Shown piece after piece: positions 7,014 through 16,515 of a DNA stretch of 33,407 nucleotides. Each line of letters begins with the position of its first letter. The first letter of the stretch is position 1. Position numbers and translations under genes: made by a program. The stretch is taken from the sequence record SRR31156797_2049; one strand, written 5' to 3'. Under the pieces are notes generated by a model. It saw only the letters and a program-made list of their open reading frames with translations. It did not search any database and was not told the DNA's origin.

Positions 7014-9929
7014 CTACTTTTTCAATTTAATTTCCAACGGTTGTCCATCTTTTAAATGAAATGTAAGTTGTGTATTCTTAACTTTGTGATTCATCTCAAC
7101 ATTAATCACTTCCTCTACCAATTCCCAAATTCCGTTCAATTCGAGTTGTATACTAAATATCTGGCTTTCTTTGCTAGTAGTGTAAGCCAACTCTTCCAAA
7201 TGCAAATCAGGATCACAGAGACTCAAAATCAATTGATTATTCACCTCTTTAATCATTAACAATGAAGAAGAACTAATGCTTTTAACTAATTGATAATCAA
7301 TATCAGTGTTGCTATCAAAGAAAACAAAGCCTGTTGTATTGCTCTCCCTATCCCAAACAATGTGATTTACACTATCCTGTTTTAAAACCAAATAAGGAGC
7401 ATTCTTTGCATTCATTTTTTTAGAAAAACTTTTCAATTCTCCCTTAGAAATGGAAGGCAACAATACATACTCATAACTTTGATTATTTGGCAATAAACCA
7501 TGATTAATCCAAGCTGAAGCAAAATCACCTTTCGTCTTTTTTCGTGTTTTATTGTGACGAGATTCTTGTTGCTGTTTAGCCAGATTTACTTCAGCACCTT
7601 TTCTCACCCAAAAACCATTTCCATACGCATCTAACAGGTAATGATCATTCTTTGCTGATAAGCTATTCTGATAAGGAAATAAATCAATTTCATATTTTCC
7701 ATCAATAAAAATCTCATCGGTTTTATTTTTTAAATATCCCTGAAACAAAGTAGTTTCGGTAGGATACTCCTGGTTGGAGTTGGAAATATTACTACCCAAA
7801 CAAATGATCTTGTTTCCAAAACAAAACACCGATTTATTTGCCTGATGATCTCCAGTAAAATTCTTGCGGTTCTTCTCTCTAAGCTTCATGCCAAAAATTC
7901 CATTTTCGCCTAGTAGATTTGATGCTCCGGCAAATCCTTCGGTAGACTTTTCCATCAAAGTTCTCTTTTCAGGACTATCTAATTTTTCCAAAGGCAAATG
8001 AATACTGGTAGCTCCTGGATATCGATTCCAATCCCAACCTTCCTGAACAAAACCACTTCCCTCAGATGTTAAGCTATTCTTGTTACCAATCACCTGAACA
8101 GTTCCATAAGATTGATATCTGCCATAACGATTATCCTTAATATAAATCTCAGAACCCCAAACATTTTTATTGTAGCCTTTCACGCTTACCATCCAATTGC
8201 CACGACGATGAATCCCCAAAGCTCCATAATTATAAGTGTAATTTCCCTCAGGAGATAATTCCGCCTTAATACCTAAGTTCTCAAACTCTTTCTTCCATGG
8301 AGTATTTTTTGATTCCAATCGCAGATAAGCTTCCGCCATCTCTCTCCAAATTTTTTCTTTGGTATATGGCTTACCAGAATTGGCTAAATGAGCAAAAGCA
8401 TCTATTACACTCTTACTAATTGATCCACATAAAGGATGACGACCACAAATGCCAAATCCCCAATCCAATTGATTGGAATAATTTCTCATACAAATGAGAG
8501 CCTTTCCAAAATTACTTCTTGCCTCATCCGATAAGGCAAAAGGAGTATCATTAACCAAACTAAAAAACTCACCAATACCAGAAAACCCACCCTTACAATA
8601 TGCAGGATAGATACCTCCATGGTGAAATCCTGTTCCATCAGATTTTATGCCTCCTTTTGTTCCTGGAGCAATGTCCAATGACATATCCATCCATCTTTTT
8701 ATAGCACGAAGTTCTCTGATTTTTTCCGGTGAATCATCCATTGTCATAATAGCTATCATACGCGGGACAACTGATGTATTCCAAGAATCCACAACTCCCT
8801 GAAGTTCTCCAACCTCTGATTTTTCTCTGTATTCCTGCACACCTGTCCAATAGTTAAGCATGGGGGAAATATCTTTAAGTTTTCCAGCCTTCTTTAGCTC
8901 CTCTTTCATTAAATAAATTGCAGGCGGATACTCTCTAAATTGATATCCGTAATGATGATTAGTTCCAAATCCACTTCCTACTGCTAACCCCTGATCCATT
9001 GCGTAATCCAACAAATCAACGAATTTCTGTCTTGAATCAGGATCTTTGGTATGGAAATAATACTGTGCCAATTTTAATAAAACTGGACCAATATGATCCA
9101 TTTTAACATCACCTGCCTTTGCATCGTATTCATCCTTACTCACAAAAGGTTTACCTATAATTTGTCCCTTACTCCTTTCAATTTCAAACTTCTTAAAGGA
9201 CTTATTTATCTTTTCAATTTCCTTTTTTCCTGGTTTCTTTCCCTGATACTTGGTAATAATTCTATCATGAATTAATTGCATTGCCTCATATTCTTGTGCT
9301 TGTATAAAAGTAGGTAATGGAAGGTCGTGTTCGTAAGTACTATACCAATGCCACAAAGCTGTCCAATGATTGTTCTTGGCTCTGGGATTAATGTATGGCA
9401 ATTGCGCATCGGGCGTTATTCTTCTCTCCATAGGTTCCGATGGAAAAATCATTCGATCGAAAAACAGGCTGCCAGATTGAACATTTTCAGGAGTATGGAT
9501 TTTCATGAAGTTTAAATCTTCTATTCTACTGCCAGTCATGTCTTCAAAACGAACCCAGCAGGCACGCCAGCCTTTAAAATTGATTCCATATTCAAATTGA
9601 TATGCCAACTCATCATCATGCCCCAATTCAAATCTAATTTTTTTGTCAAGAGGATGTTCATTGTAAATCCATAATCTTAAACCTCCATTTTTCACATCTT
9701 GTGCAATGTTGATTCCTGTTGGACTATCTATTCTTACTTCACTCTTTCCCTTCCAATCCCATCGAATGGATTGTTTTCCTCTTTTGTAATGCGCATTGCT
9801 TATGGATAGTTTTGATTCCTTTGAAGTTGACCAATTGTTTGGTACCTCATTTTCCAAATCGAAATATTGAGCAAAACTCACATCTTGCAATGCAATAATC
9901 AATACAAAACAAAGTATTATTCTTTTCAT
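7014..9929 (-). CDS. PL8 chondroitinase ABC-type lyase (similar to B. thetaiotaomicron BT3350)
   Basis: N-terminal Lyase_N with INFKGWRACWV; GTNHHYGY; GFHHGGIYPAY; GRHP; NRYGRYQSYG; GWDWNRYPGATSIHLP. Start moved to ATG 9929 (MKRIILCF... signal peptide). Confidence 0.93.
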   Translation of the reverse strand: MKRIILCFVLIIALQDVSFAQYFDLENEVPNNWSTSKESKLSISNAHYKRGKQSIRWDWKGKSEVRIDSPTGINIAQDVKNGGLRLWIYNEHPLDKKIRFELGHDDELAYQFEYGINFKGWRACWVRFEDMTGSRIEDLNFMKIHTPENVQSGSLFFDRMIFPSEPMERRITPDAQLPYINPRAKNNHWTALWHWYSTYEHDLPLPTFIQAQEYEAMQLIHDRIITKYQGKKPGKKEIEKINKSFKKFEIERSKGQIIGKPFVSKDEYDAKAGDVKMDHIGPVLLKLAQYYFHTKDPDSRQKFVDLLDYAMDQGLAVGSGFGTNHHYGYQFREYPPAIYLMKEELKKAGKLKDISPMLNYWTGVQEYREKSEVGELQGVVDSWNTSVVPRMIAIMTMDDSPEKIRELRAIKRWMDMSLDIAPGTKGGIKSDGTGFHHGGIYPAYCKGGFSGIGEFFSLVNDTPFALSDEARSNFGKALICMRNYSNQLDWGFGICGRHPLCGSISKSVIDAFAHLANSGKPYTKEKIWREMAEAYLRLESKNTPWKKEFENLGIKAELSPEGNYTYNYGALGIHRRGNWMVSVKGYNKNVWGSEIYIKDNRYGRYQSYGTVQVIGNKNSLTSEGSGFVQEGWDWNRYPGATSIHLPLEKLDSPEKRTLMEKSTEGFAGASNLLGENGIFGMKLREKNRKNFTGDHQANKSVFCFGNKIICLGSNISNSNQEYPTETTLFQGYLKNKTDEIFIDGKYEIDLFPYQNSLSAKNDHYLLDAYGNGFWVRKGAEVNLAKQQQESRHNKTRKKTKGDFASAWINHGLLPNNQSYEYVLLPSISKGELKSFSKKMNAKNAPYLVLKQDSVNHIVWDRESNTTGFVFFDSNTDIDYQLVKSISSSSLLMIKEVNNQLILSLCDPDLHLEELAYTTSKESQIFSIQLELNGIWELVEEVINVEMNHKVKNTQLTFHLKDGQPLEIKLKK

Positions 9930-9935
9930 AGATCT

Positions 9936-9974
9936 TAAAAAAGTAAAAAGGAGATTCTCATTAGAAAATCCCCT
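9936..9974 (-). terminator. Intra-operon terminator-like hairpin directly upstream of the PL8 start codon
   Basis: Minus strand AGGGGATTTTC-TAAT-GAGAATCTCCT followed by TTTTACTTTTTT. Confidence 0.6.
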
Positions 9975-9980
9975 AATCAA

Positions 9981-12368
9981 TTATAATTTCAACTTTAATA
10001 TTAGAGATTTTCCTTTTGGCAATTTCACACTTAACCATTTCTTTTTATAGGAATATTTAGGTGTTTCTCCATTTAGTTTAACTTTATTTGGAGCATCATT
10101 CAACTTTATCCGAATGATATTTTCCTCGAAGCTATTCACATGAATCATCAACTCATTTTTGCTACTATTTGCAAAAACTGATAGCGGTTTTTCAGAAAGA
10201 AATATATCTTCTTTACCATTACTTATTGAAAGAACTTCACGTCCAAACCAAGATTCTACTTTCTTGTTTATAAAGGCCGCACCAGCCATTTCACCTTTGA
10301 ATTTCAATTGCTTTGTTCTAGCGTTTTCCGACCAGGAAATTTCGGAATCCAACTTACCATTCTTGTAAATAGTCATTCCATCACCATTTTTCAATGCTTT
10401 TATTTCTTTGCCATTTAATTGATCTTCAAATCCAAAAAACAGCAATGAACTCGCCTCAGAAGAATGTCGCTTTCTCTTCAAAACATTCCCCAACTGAACA
10501 TGTCCTACTCCATTTTTCTTTCTTAAATAGTTGTCGTAAAACCAGGCTTCGTCAACTTTTTCTGACCACTTCTGATTCGAAAGATCCTTCACTAAAAGCA
10601 GTGGTGCTTTCCCTTTTCGAGGATCTATCTTCCACTCTTTTTCTCCGGTTGCATTAAATGGATTTACATCTCTATCCTTTTCGTACACATAGGCATCCTT
10701 CTTTCCTTTTCTGCTCGAATAGGAATGTAAAAGCAATTCAAAATCAACATCAGTTTTGGCTTTTATTTCATCTCTCATTAAAAATACACCATTGAAACCA
10801 ATCACTTCACGATGCCAAAATTCCAACTCCTTTGAAAGATACATATTGGTAGGATCACTAATTAGATTAAAATAATCACTACAATTTTGGTTTCCTGTAC
10901 TAATAATTATATCGGTCTTTCCCCAAATGTCTTTATTAGCAGGATATTCTCCAAAATCACACCACACATCTCCATCTCCAACTTGTCCCTTTCCATTTAC
11001 CAATAGAACATTGTGTTCATTTGTATATTTTGGAACCGAATAACCCATATCAATAATGTAGGGAACTCCTGCTCTGTGAATCATGAATTGACCATCATCC
11101 GGCTGACCGTGCCCTTGATAATGCTGACCCGATTTAATGGTGAAATAACTCGCATCATTCTCCCAGGAAGAACGCCAAACATACATTCCTGCGTCTTCAA
11201 AAAAGTGCCAATTTGGTAATGTATTCAAATCCACCGATGGAACAGTTCCATCTTTCCAAATATATCTCCATACGTCAAAGTTAGATTTCTGATTTTGATC
11301 CTTCTGATTCTTTTTCTCTGCTCTCCACAATTCAACTTCTTGCAAATCTAAATCATTTGACAACCATTGTGCAATCGGATCCTTTAGATTTTTAACCAAA
11401 GCTGGAAATACAGAATAAGGATTTCCCCAAAACTTTGGATTTGCATCAGCATATCGTGCTAAACCACCAAAATTATCATCTCCTCCAGGTAAAATAGAGT
11501 ACAAACAATAAGCAGAAACATTTTGAAACCATTGCAAATCTTCATAAGGCTTTCCATATCCTTTTTCCAATGCATTTCTTCTGATCTCCATCCACTGCAC
11601 ATAAGTCTTTAACTGAAACATCAAGTAAGTAGCTCCTTCATCCGAAAAACCATCACTCATGTTAGAATTCATCTGACTAGTTAATGTTTCATATTTATGA
11701 TCTAAGCATTCAGTCCACTCTTTTCTATACTCTTCAGGAATTCCATCAATACCATACAAAATGGCACTCAATGCTGCATAAACATTCGTTCCATGATTGC
11801 AATTCATTATGGCAAAACTTTTCGTATGATAACGGCTGTAATCCTTATAAAAATGATGCGCTATTCTGGTCAATTTCTTATTAATGATTTCTCTTTCCTC
11901 TTCAGAAAAATTTTGATACTGCCAGTCATATGAAGCTGCCAAAGCAATCAATGCCTGAGCAATTCCAAGATCTCCTCCAGGACCTTTGCCTTTTCCATCT
12001 ACCCACTCATCCCATTCTTTCCAATTCAAAATAGTCCAGAAATGTTTCTCAAATGTTTCCTGATAGGGCTGATTGGAATCTAACAATTGAACCAAAGCCA
12101 CAGCTGCTAACTTCTCAGGAAAAGCAAAAACCAGTTTCGACTTCGGTTTCGATAAAACCTCTTGCTCTTTCAAGTTCTTACAGATTGTTAGCAAACTTGC
12201 CCACTCTTGCTTGTGTGTAGTATTTTTGAAATTCTTAAATGTTTCCAATTCATTCGATTGAAAAAATAAGCGTGGATGAACCTTTAATTCTTCCTTTTTC
12301 ACGCTGGCATTTACAATAACTGAAAACAACAGACTTACAACTAATAATATGGTATATTTTACTCTCAT
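9981..12368 (-). CDS. Secreted heparinase II/III-superfamily protein (DUF4962-like toroid plus Hepar_II_III beta domain); putative GAG lyase or C5-epimerase-like enzyme
   Basis: Signal peptide; HPRLFF; CNHGTN; DGFSDEGATY; FFEDAGMYVWRSSW; GHGQPDDGQF; IIDMGY..PKYTNEHNVLLVNGKGQ. Confidence 0.82.
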   Translation of the reverse strand: MRVKYTILLVVSLLFSVIVNASVKKEELKVHPRLFFQSNELETFKNFKNTTHKQEWASLLTICKNLKEQEVLSKPKSKLVFAFPEKLAAVALVQLLDSNQPYQETFEKHFWTILNWKEWDEWVDGKGKGPGGDLGIAQALIALAASYDWQYQNFSEEEREIINKKLTRIAHHFYKDYSRYHTKSFAIMNCNHGTNVYAALSAILYGIDGIPEEYRKEWTECLDHKYETLTSQMNSNMSDGFSDEGATYLMFQLKTYVQWMEIRRNALEKGYGKPYEDLQWFQNVSAYCLYSILPGGDDNFGGLARYADANPKFWGNPYSVFPALVKNLKDPIAQWLSNDLDLQEVELWRAEKKNQKDQNQKSNFDVWRYIWKDGTVPSVDLNTLPNWHFFEDAGMYVWRSSWENDASYFTIKSGQHYQGHGQPDDGQFMIHRAGVPYIIDMGYSVPKYTNEHNVLLVNGKGQVGDGDVWCDFGEYPANKDIWGKTDIIISTGNQNCSDYFNLISDPTNMYLSKELEFWHREVIGFNGVFLMRDEIKAKTDVDFELLLHSYSSRKGKKDAYVYEKDRDVNPFNATGEKEWKIDPRKGKAPLLLVKDLSNQKWSEKVDEAWFYDNYLRKKNGVGHVQLGNVLKRKRHSSEASSLLFFGFEDQLNGKEIKALKNGDGMTIYKNGKLDSEISWSENARTKQLKFKGEMAGAAFINKKVESWFGREVLSISNGKEDIFLSEKPLSVFANSSKNELMIHVNSFEENIIRIKLNDAPNKVKLNGETPKYSYKKKWLSVKLPKGKSLILKLKL

Positions 12369-12392
12369 CTTTATTTTTTTTACTGAAAATAA

Positions 12393-13838
12393 TTATTTCC
12401 AAGATGGACCTACATCCGTCTTTGTTAAAACTTTTTGCAAACCTCCTCTTTCTCCTTTCGGAGCAAAATATACTCCAGCAGAAACATCTTCTTTCACACC
12501 AGCAAATTCAATTCTATCAATCATCTGCTTTGGCAAATAATTTAACCAAGCTTTACTAGCCTTTCCTACTATTTCAGGAACAAAAACACAATCCTCTCTT
12601 TTCTCTAATTTGAATTTAGATTTCATCAAACCAGAATCCTTTTCAATTCCTGTTTTTCCCTGATAATAATTGTTATCCCAAACCATGTGCTGGGGTTCTG
12701 AATGCAACTTTATAAATGGTATTGAACCGACCATTTGATTGTTAAAAAAATACATACTATCAGATGGAAAAATTTTATTCCTATGTCCCAAATCAGAAAC
12801 CATATCAAATAATTTTCCATGATTGCGTACTAAAAGATTATGTGCAATTACATTCTCTGCAGTTTTAGGAAAGTGAATAGCAATAATCCCCTGGGCAACT
12901 CTCTTTGGATCCGGAGGAGAACCCGCACCAAAACCAATAATCGATCCTTTCTTAGGAGATAAACCATAGAAATAGTTATTCAAGACAAGATTTCGCCTAT
13001 TCTTTACACCAACACCCGTGCAATTGTTTTTCTCCCCTTTATTAGATATAAAATAATTACTCTCGATAATTCCTTGCTCACCTTGTCGGAAACTTAATCC
13101 GCCACGACAGTTCATGAATGTATTGTATCGAAACATATTTCCACAGCTTTTAGAACTCATTATTTCACTCTCGCCACTACAGTCATCAAACAAATTGAAC
13201 TCCACAACCGTATTGCAAAAACGTTTTGCCATTGATCCATGTCCTAATCTCATAGCAGAACCTCCATTTCGACCAAGTGGTGGTCGTGCAAAAAAATTGT
13301 GATCAACCAGGTGATGACTTCCTCCTATTTTAGGCACATCAATATTAATGTAACTAGCACCTGACGTTTTTCCTTCGAACCAACAATGATCTACCCTGTT
13401 GAATTGACCATTCAACTGAATCCAAACACCACCAACTCCATTGTAATTTCTAAAACGAGATTCCAGTACACGATTGTTTTTCCCTTCAATCATGATTAAA
13501 GCTTCGCTCTTATTTCTTTTTCCATTGTCAAAATCGAAACCTATCAATTGAATGTAGTTCCCATTCATTTCAATATGCGAATTACCACTAATCACAACTT
13601 TTCCTGGATTTTTCGCTTCAATAACGATATTTTGCTCCTCTGTTCCTGAATACTCTAATTCAATTCGAAGATCTTCATATATTCCATCAGCAAGTTGAAT
13701 GTGTGATTCTTTCGCCTCTATCGCTTTTTGTAAATCATTTACTGATTTTACCAACACGATTTTTTCTTTTGCCTCAAGCTGTATGTGAAAGCATAAGATT
13801 AATACCAACAGCGATAAGGTTTTCAAATAGTTCTGCAT
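12393..13838 (-). CDS. PL6 beta-helix polysaccharide lyase (chondroitinase B-like)
   Basis: Signal peptide; NRVDHCWFEGK; VDHNFF; RPPLGRNGG; VEFNLF..CSGESEIMSSKS.GN..RYNTF; LSFRQG. The catalytic Lys/Arg and the Ca-binding ExE are retained. Confidence 0.88.
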   Translation of the reverse strand: MQNYLKTLSLLVLILCFHIQLEAKEKIVLVKSVNDLQKAIEAKESHIQLADGIYEDLRIELEYSGTEEQNIVIEAKNPGKVVISGNSHIEMNGNYIQLIGFDFDNGKRNKSEALIMIEGKNNRVLESRFRNYNGVGGVWIQLNGQFNRVDHCWFEGKTSGASYINIDVPKIGGSHHLVDHNFFARPPLGRNGGSAMRLGHGSMAKRFCNTVVEFNLFDDCSGESEIMSSKSCGNMFRYNTFMNCRGGLSFRQGEQGIIESNYFISNKGEKNNCTGVGVKNRRNLVLNNYFYGLSPKKGSIIGFGAGSPPDPKRVAQGIIAIHFPKTAENVIAHNLLVRNHGKLFDMVSDLGHRNKIFPSDSMYFFNNQMVGSIPFIKLHSEPQHMVWDNNYYQGKTGIEKDSGLMKSKFKLEKREDCVFVPEIVGKASKAWLNYLPKQMIDRIEFAGVKEDVSAGVYFAPKGERGGLQKVLTKTDVGPSWK

Positions 13839-13841
13839 ATT

Positions 13842-14561
13842 TTATTTTTTTTTGATTCGGTATACTTTAAAATGGTCAATTGTCATGTGATTCTTAATGG
13901 TTCTAATTCCAAACCATCCTTTTTCATATGGTTTTTCGTCTTCAAAATCATAAATCAGTTCATCATCTCTGAAAAATTGGACTTTATTCCCCATAGCAAT
14001 CAGCTTGATTTTATAAGATTTGTTTGCTTCTAACAATACTTTATCCCCTGTTAAATCATGTTCTGGCAATAATGGTTTGCCACCCTTTCCATCGTATCTT
14101 CGAAATCGGGTTTTCGTGTTATTATGTCCTCCCATTCCAACATAATACAATTGCAAAGTATCGTAATCGTGAAACATACCTGATGGTTTACGAGCTGAGT
14201 CAAAAATATCCTCAGGATTTTTTGGGTCAGTCGCCATCCAGAAACAATTCAAATCACTCACTCTATCATTTGGACCATTATGATCTATAACTTTTGCATC
14301 GTATTCGATAAGAATATTGCCCTCAAGTTTTTCTTTAAACCAAATGCTTGCTCCCTTCGGAACATCAATTTCCAGCTTCCCATTTTTTACTCCAACGAAA
14401 CTATCCTCCGATTGCAATTCCAATACCCAATTGTTCAAATTTTCGAAATCATCCTGAAAAAGAAGTTTTGTTTTTTTTAAATCATCCTGCACAAATGCTC
14501 TACTTACAGAGATTCCTGCTAGAATAATTAGTGGTATAAAAAAGAATAATGGTTTCTTCAT
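13842..14561 (-). CDS. DUF6250-family (concanavalin A-like/YesU-like) secreted protein
   Basis: Signal peptide; LLFQDDF; GASIWFKEKLEG; RVSDLNCFWMA.DP; YYVGMGGHNNTKTRFRRY; GWFGIRT. Confidence 0.8.
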   Translation of the reverse strand: MKKPLFFFIPLIILAGISVSRAFVQDDLKKTKLLFQDDFENLNNWVLELQSEDSFVGVKNGKLEIDVPKGASIWFKEKLEGNILIEYDAKVIDHNGPNDRVSDLNCFWMATDPKNPEDIFDSARKPSGMFHDYDTLQLYYVGMGGHNNTKTRFRRYDGKGGKPLLPEHDLTGDKVLLEANKSYKIKLIAMGNKVQFFRDDELIYDFEDEKPYEKGWFGIRTIKNHMTIDHFKVYRIKKK

Positions 14562-14657
14562 TTTAATTGATTGTCTTTAAATGTTAATACTCAATGGTTC
14601 TCACTACTGAAATCGATTTCAAGATAAACAGAAGCATTCTTGGCTACAATCAACAAC

Positions 14658-14682
14658 TGTCCCAAATCCTTGATTCGGGACA
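14658..14682. promoter_or_regulatory. Palindromic operator-like site TGTCCCAAATC-CTT-GATTCGGGACA
   Basis: 11-bp inverted repeat with 1 mismatch and a 3-nt spacer, 97 bp upstream of the lyase operon start. Related copies lie at 4074, 16422 and 22228. Confidence 0.7.
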
Positions 14683-15145
14683 CACAAGAGATCTATTCAT
14701 CTCTACCTCAGTTATTTTTAACTTTCCTTACAATATTTACCGTACGATTTTACACCTTTAAGAAATCTAGACAACTCCCTGTAAACAGTCAATAACACCT
14801 AATAACAGCATATTCCAATTGAGCATCTTTAAAACAGAATAGAATTTTTTTGAACTCACCTACACCAAACAGTGACAGAATTGTCCGTACGTATTCACAC
14901 GAGTAAAACGAGTATTCGGAAGTCAAATTTAATTTTTGGAACCTAAAAGAAATCCTTCCTTACCCTCTAATTATCTGATACTTTAAAATATTTCACACTT
15001 TATTCATCCCAAGTTTATCCGATTCGGTTGATCACCAATTTCTATTCAATAATTTAGAGTGTGGTATAGATTATTCTTTGCCATGATTCATATTAAAATG
15101 TGATAAAGAGTTTAGAAAAAAATTAAAATCAATATTTCAAGTAAA

Positions 15146-16357
15146 ATGAACCGAATCTTTAGACTAACGATTCTTTTGGTCTTTGCAATGAGTTTATTCT
15201 CATGTGACCAATCAAAAACCTCCTCGAAGGGTATTGTTGAAGAAAATGTAGAATTCGCGACCCAACAAATAGGTCGTGAAATAAGAAATATGAATGCCCA
15301 AGGAAAAATCCTGAATCCGAGAACCATTCATAAAGATGGTACCACCAGATATAACACTCCCGAACTTTGGACTAGCGGCTTTTTCCCAGGTTCTTTATGG
15401 TATTTGTATGAATTAACCGGAGAACAAAAGTGGAAAACTGAAGCTGAAAAAGTCACGGAGACATTAGACACCGTTCAATACTTAACCTGGCATCACGATG
15501 TTGGTTTCATGGTTTACTGTAGTTATGGAAACGGTTATAAACTGACTGAAAATCCTGCTTATAAAAAAGTAATCATTCAGGCAGCAAAATCATTAAGCAC
15601 AAGATTTCGACCAAATATTGGAGCAATTCAATCGTGGAATGTTCATAGAGGATGGCAAGCTAAAAGAGGATGGCAATGTCCTGTAATCATTGACAATATG
15701 ATGAACCTGGAACTGTTATTCGAAGCTACAAAACTAAGCGGAGACAACAGTTTTAGAGATATTGCCATTGAACATGCAGAAACCACATTAGAAAATCATT
15801 TTCGACCGGATTACAGTAGTTATCACGTAATTGATTACGATACAATTAATGGAAATGTTCGAAACAAAGTAACCGCTCAAGGTTATGCTGATCATTCTGC
15901 CTGGGCTCGTGGACAAGGTTGGGCAATTTATGGATATACTGTATGCTACAGAGAAACCAAAGATCCAAAATACTTGAAGCAAGCTGAAGAAATTGCCAAA
16001 TATCTTTTCAATCATCCAAGAATGCCGGAAGACCTAGTACCTTACTGGGATTTTGATTGTAAGGATATTCCAAATACACCCAGAGATGCTTCAGCAGCAG
16101 CTGTTATTGCTTCTGCACTTTATGAAATGAGTACCTACAGCGATACAAAAAAAGATGCTTATAAGAAATATGCAGATGAGATTGTAGAAAATTTATCTTC
16201 TCCCGCTTATCGTGCAAAATTGGGTGAAAACAATAATTTTCTTTTAATGCATAGTGTAGGAAGTATTCCTCATGGTGCCGAAATTGATGTACCATTAAAT
16301 TATGCAGACTATTACTTTTTAGAAGCTTTGATGCGAAAAAGAGATTTAGAAAAATAA
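15146..16357 (+). CDS. GH88 unsaturated glucuronyl hydrolase, lipoprotein
   Basis: Lipobox LFSC; WTSGFFPGSLW; HDVGFM; VIIDNMMNLE; WARGQGW; PYWDF; DASAAA; YADYYFLEAL. Confidence 0.95.
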   Translation: MNRIFRLTILLVFAMSLFSCDQSKTSSKGIVEENVEFATQQIGREIRNMNAQGKILNPRTIHKDGTTRYNTPELWTSGFFPGSLWYLYELTGEQKWKTEAEKVTETLDTVQYLTWHHDVGFMVYCSYGNGYKLTENPAYKKVIIQAAKSLSTRFRPNIGAIQSWNVHRGWQAKRGWQCPVIIDNMMNLELLFEATKLSGDNSFRDIAIEHAETTLENHFRPDYSSYHVIDYDTINGNVRNKVTAQGYADHSAWARGQGWAIYGYTVCYRETKDPKYLKQAEEIAKYLFNHPRMPEDLVPYWDFDCKDIPNTPRDASAAAVIASALYEMSTYSDTKKDAYKKYADEIVENLSSPAYRAKLGENNNFLLMHSVGSIPHGAEIDVPLNYADYYFLEALMRKRDLEK

Positions 16358-16366
16358 TGACATAAA

Positions 16367-16404
16367 CTGACAGGTTTATTGATGTAATCCTATAAACCTG
16401 TCAG
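16367..16404 (+). other. 13-bp perfect stem-loop after GH88 (no U-tract)
   Basis: CTGACAGGTTTAT ... ATAAACCTGTCAG. Confidence 0.7.
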
Positions 16405-16421
16405 CACTATAACCCATTTGA

Positions 16422-16446
16422 ACTCCCAAATTCATAATCTGGCACC
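16422..16446. promoter_or_regulatory. Degenerate copy of the operator motif upstream of the second PL8
   Basis: ACTCCCAAATT-CAT-AATCTGGCACC; same 3-nt spacer as the 14658 site. Confidence 0.5.
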
Positions 16447-16515
16447 ATTGTGTGCAGATGAAAACCCAAAAAATCAATAAGATTTATTTTATTGCAACCG
16501 ATTAAAACGATCAAA

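Noticed and set aside
12784-12794. Perfect operator half-site TGTCCCAAATC inside the PL6 gene
   Set aside because: It lies within coding sequence (DLGH codons) with no partner half-site; probably coincidental.
9981-14561. Interpreting the locus as an alginate or heparin PUL
   Set aside because: PL6 and Hepar_II_III folds occur in such PULs, but two PL8 ABC lyases, an S1_27-like sulfatase and GH88s point to CS/DS. No PL7/PL13 or sulfamidase-like gene was recognised.
14690-15000. Long divergent intergenic stretch as a possible sRNA, small ORF or pseudogene
   Set aside because: Manual translation gave only a short unrecognisable minus-strand frame, and no convincing structure was found.
15060-15090. 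Candidate Bacteroidota -7 promoter element (TATTCTTTG) upstream of GH88
   Set aside because: It does not fit TAnnTTTG spacing exactly and has no clear -33 element; it cannot be supported without TSS data.
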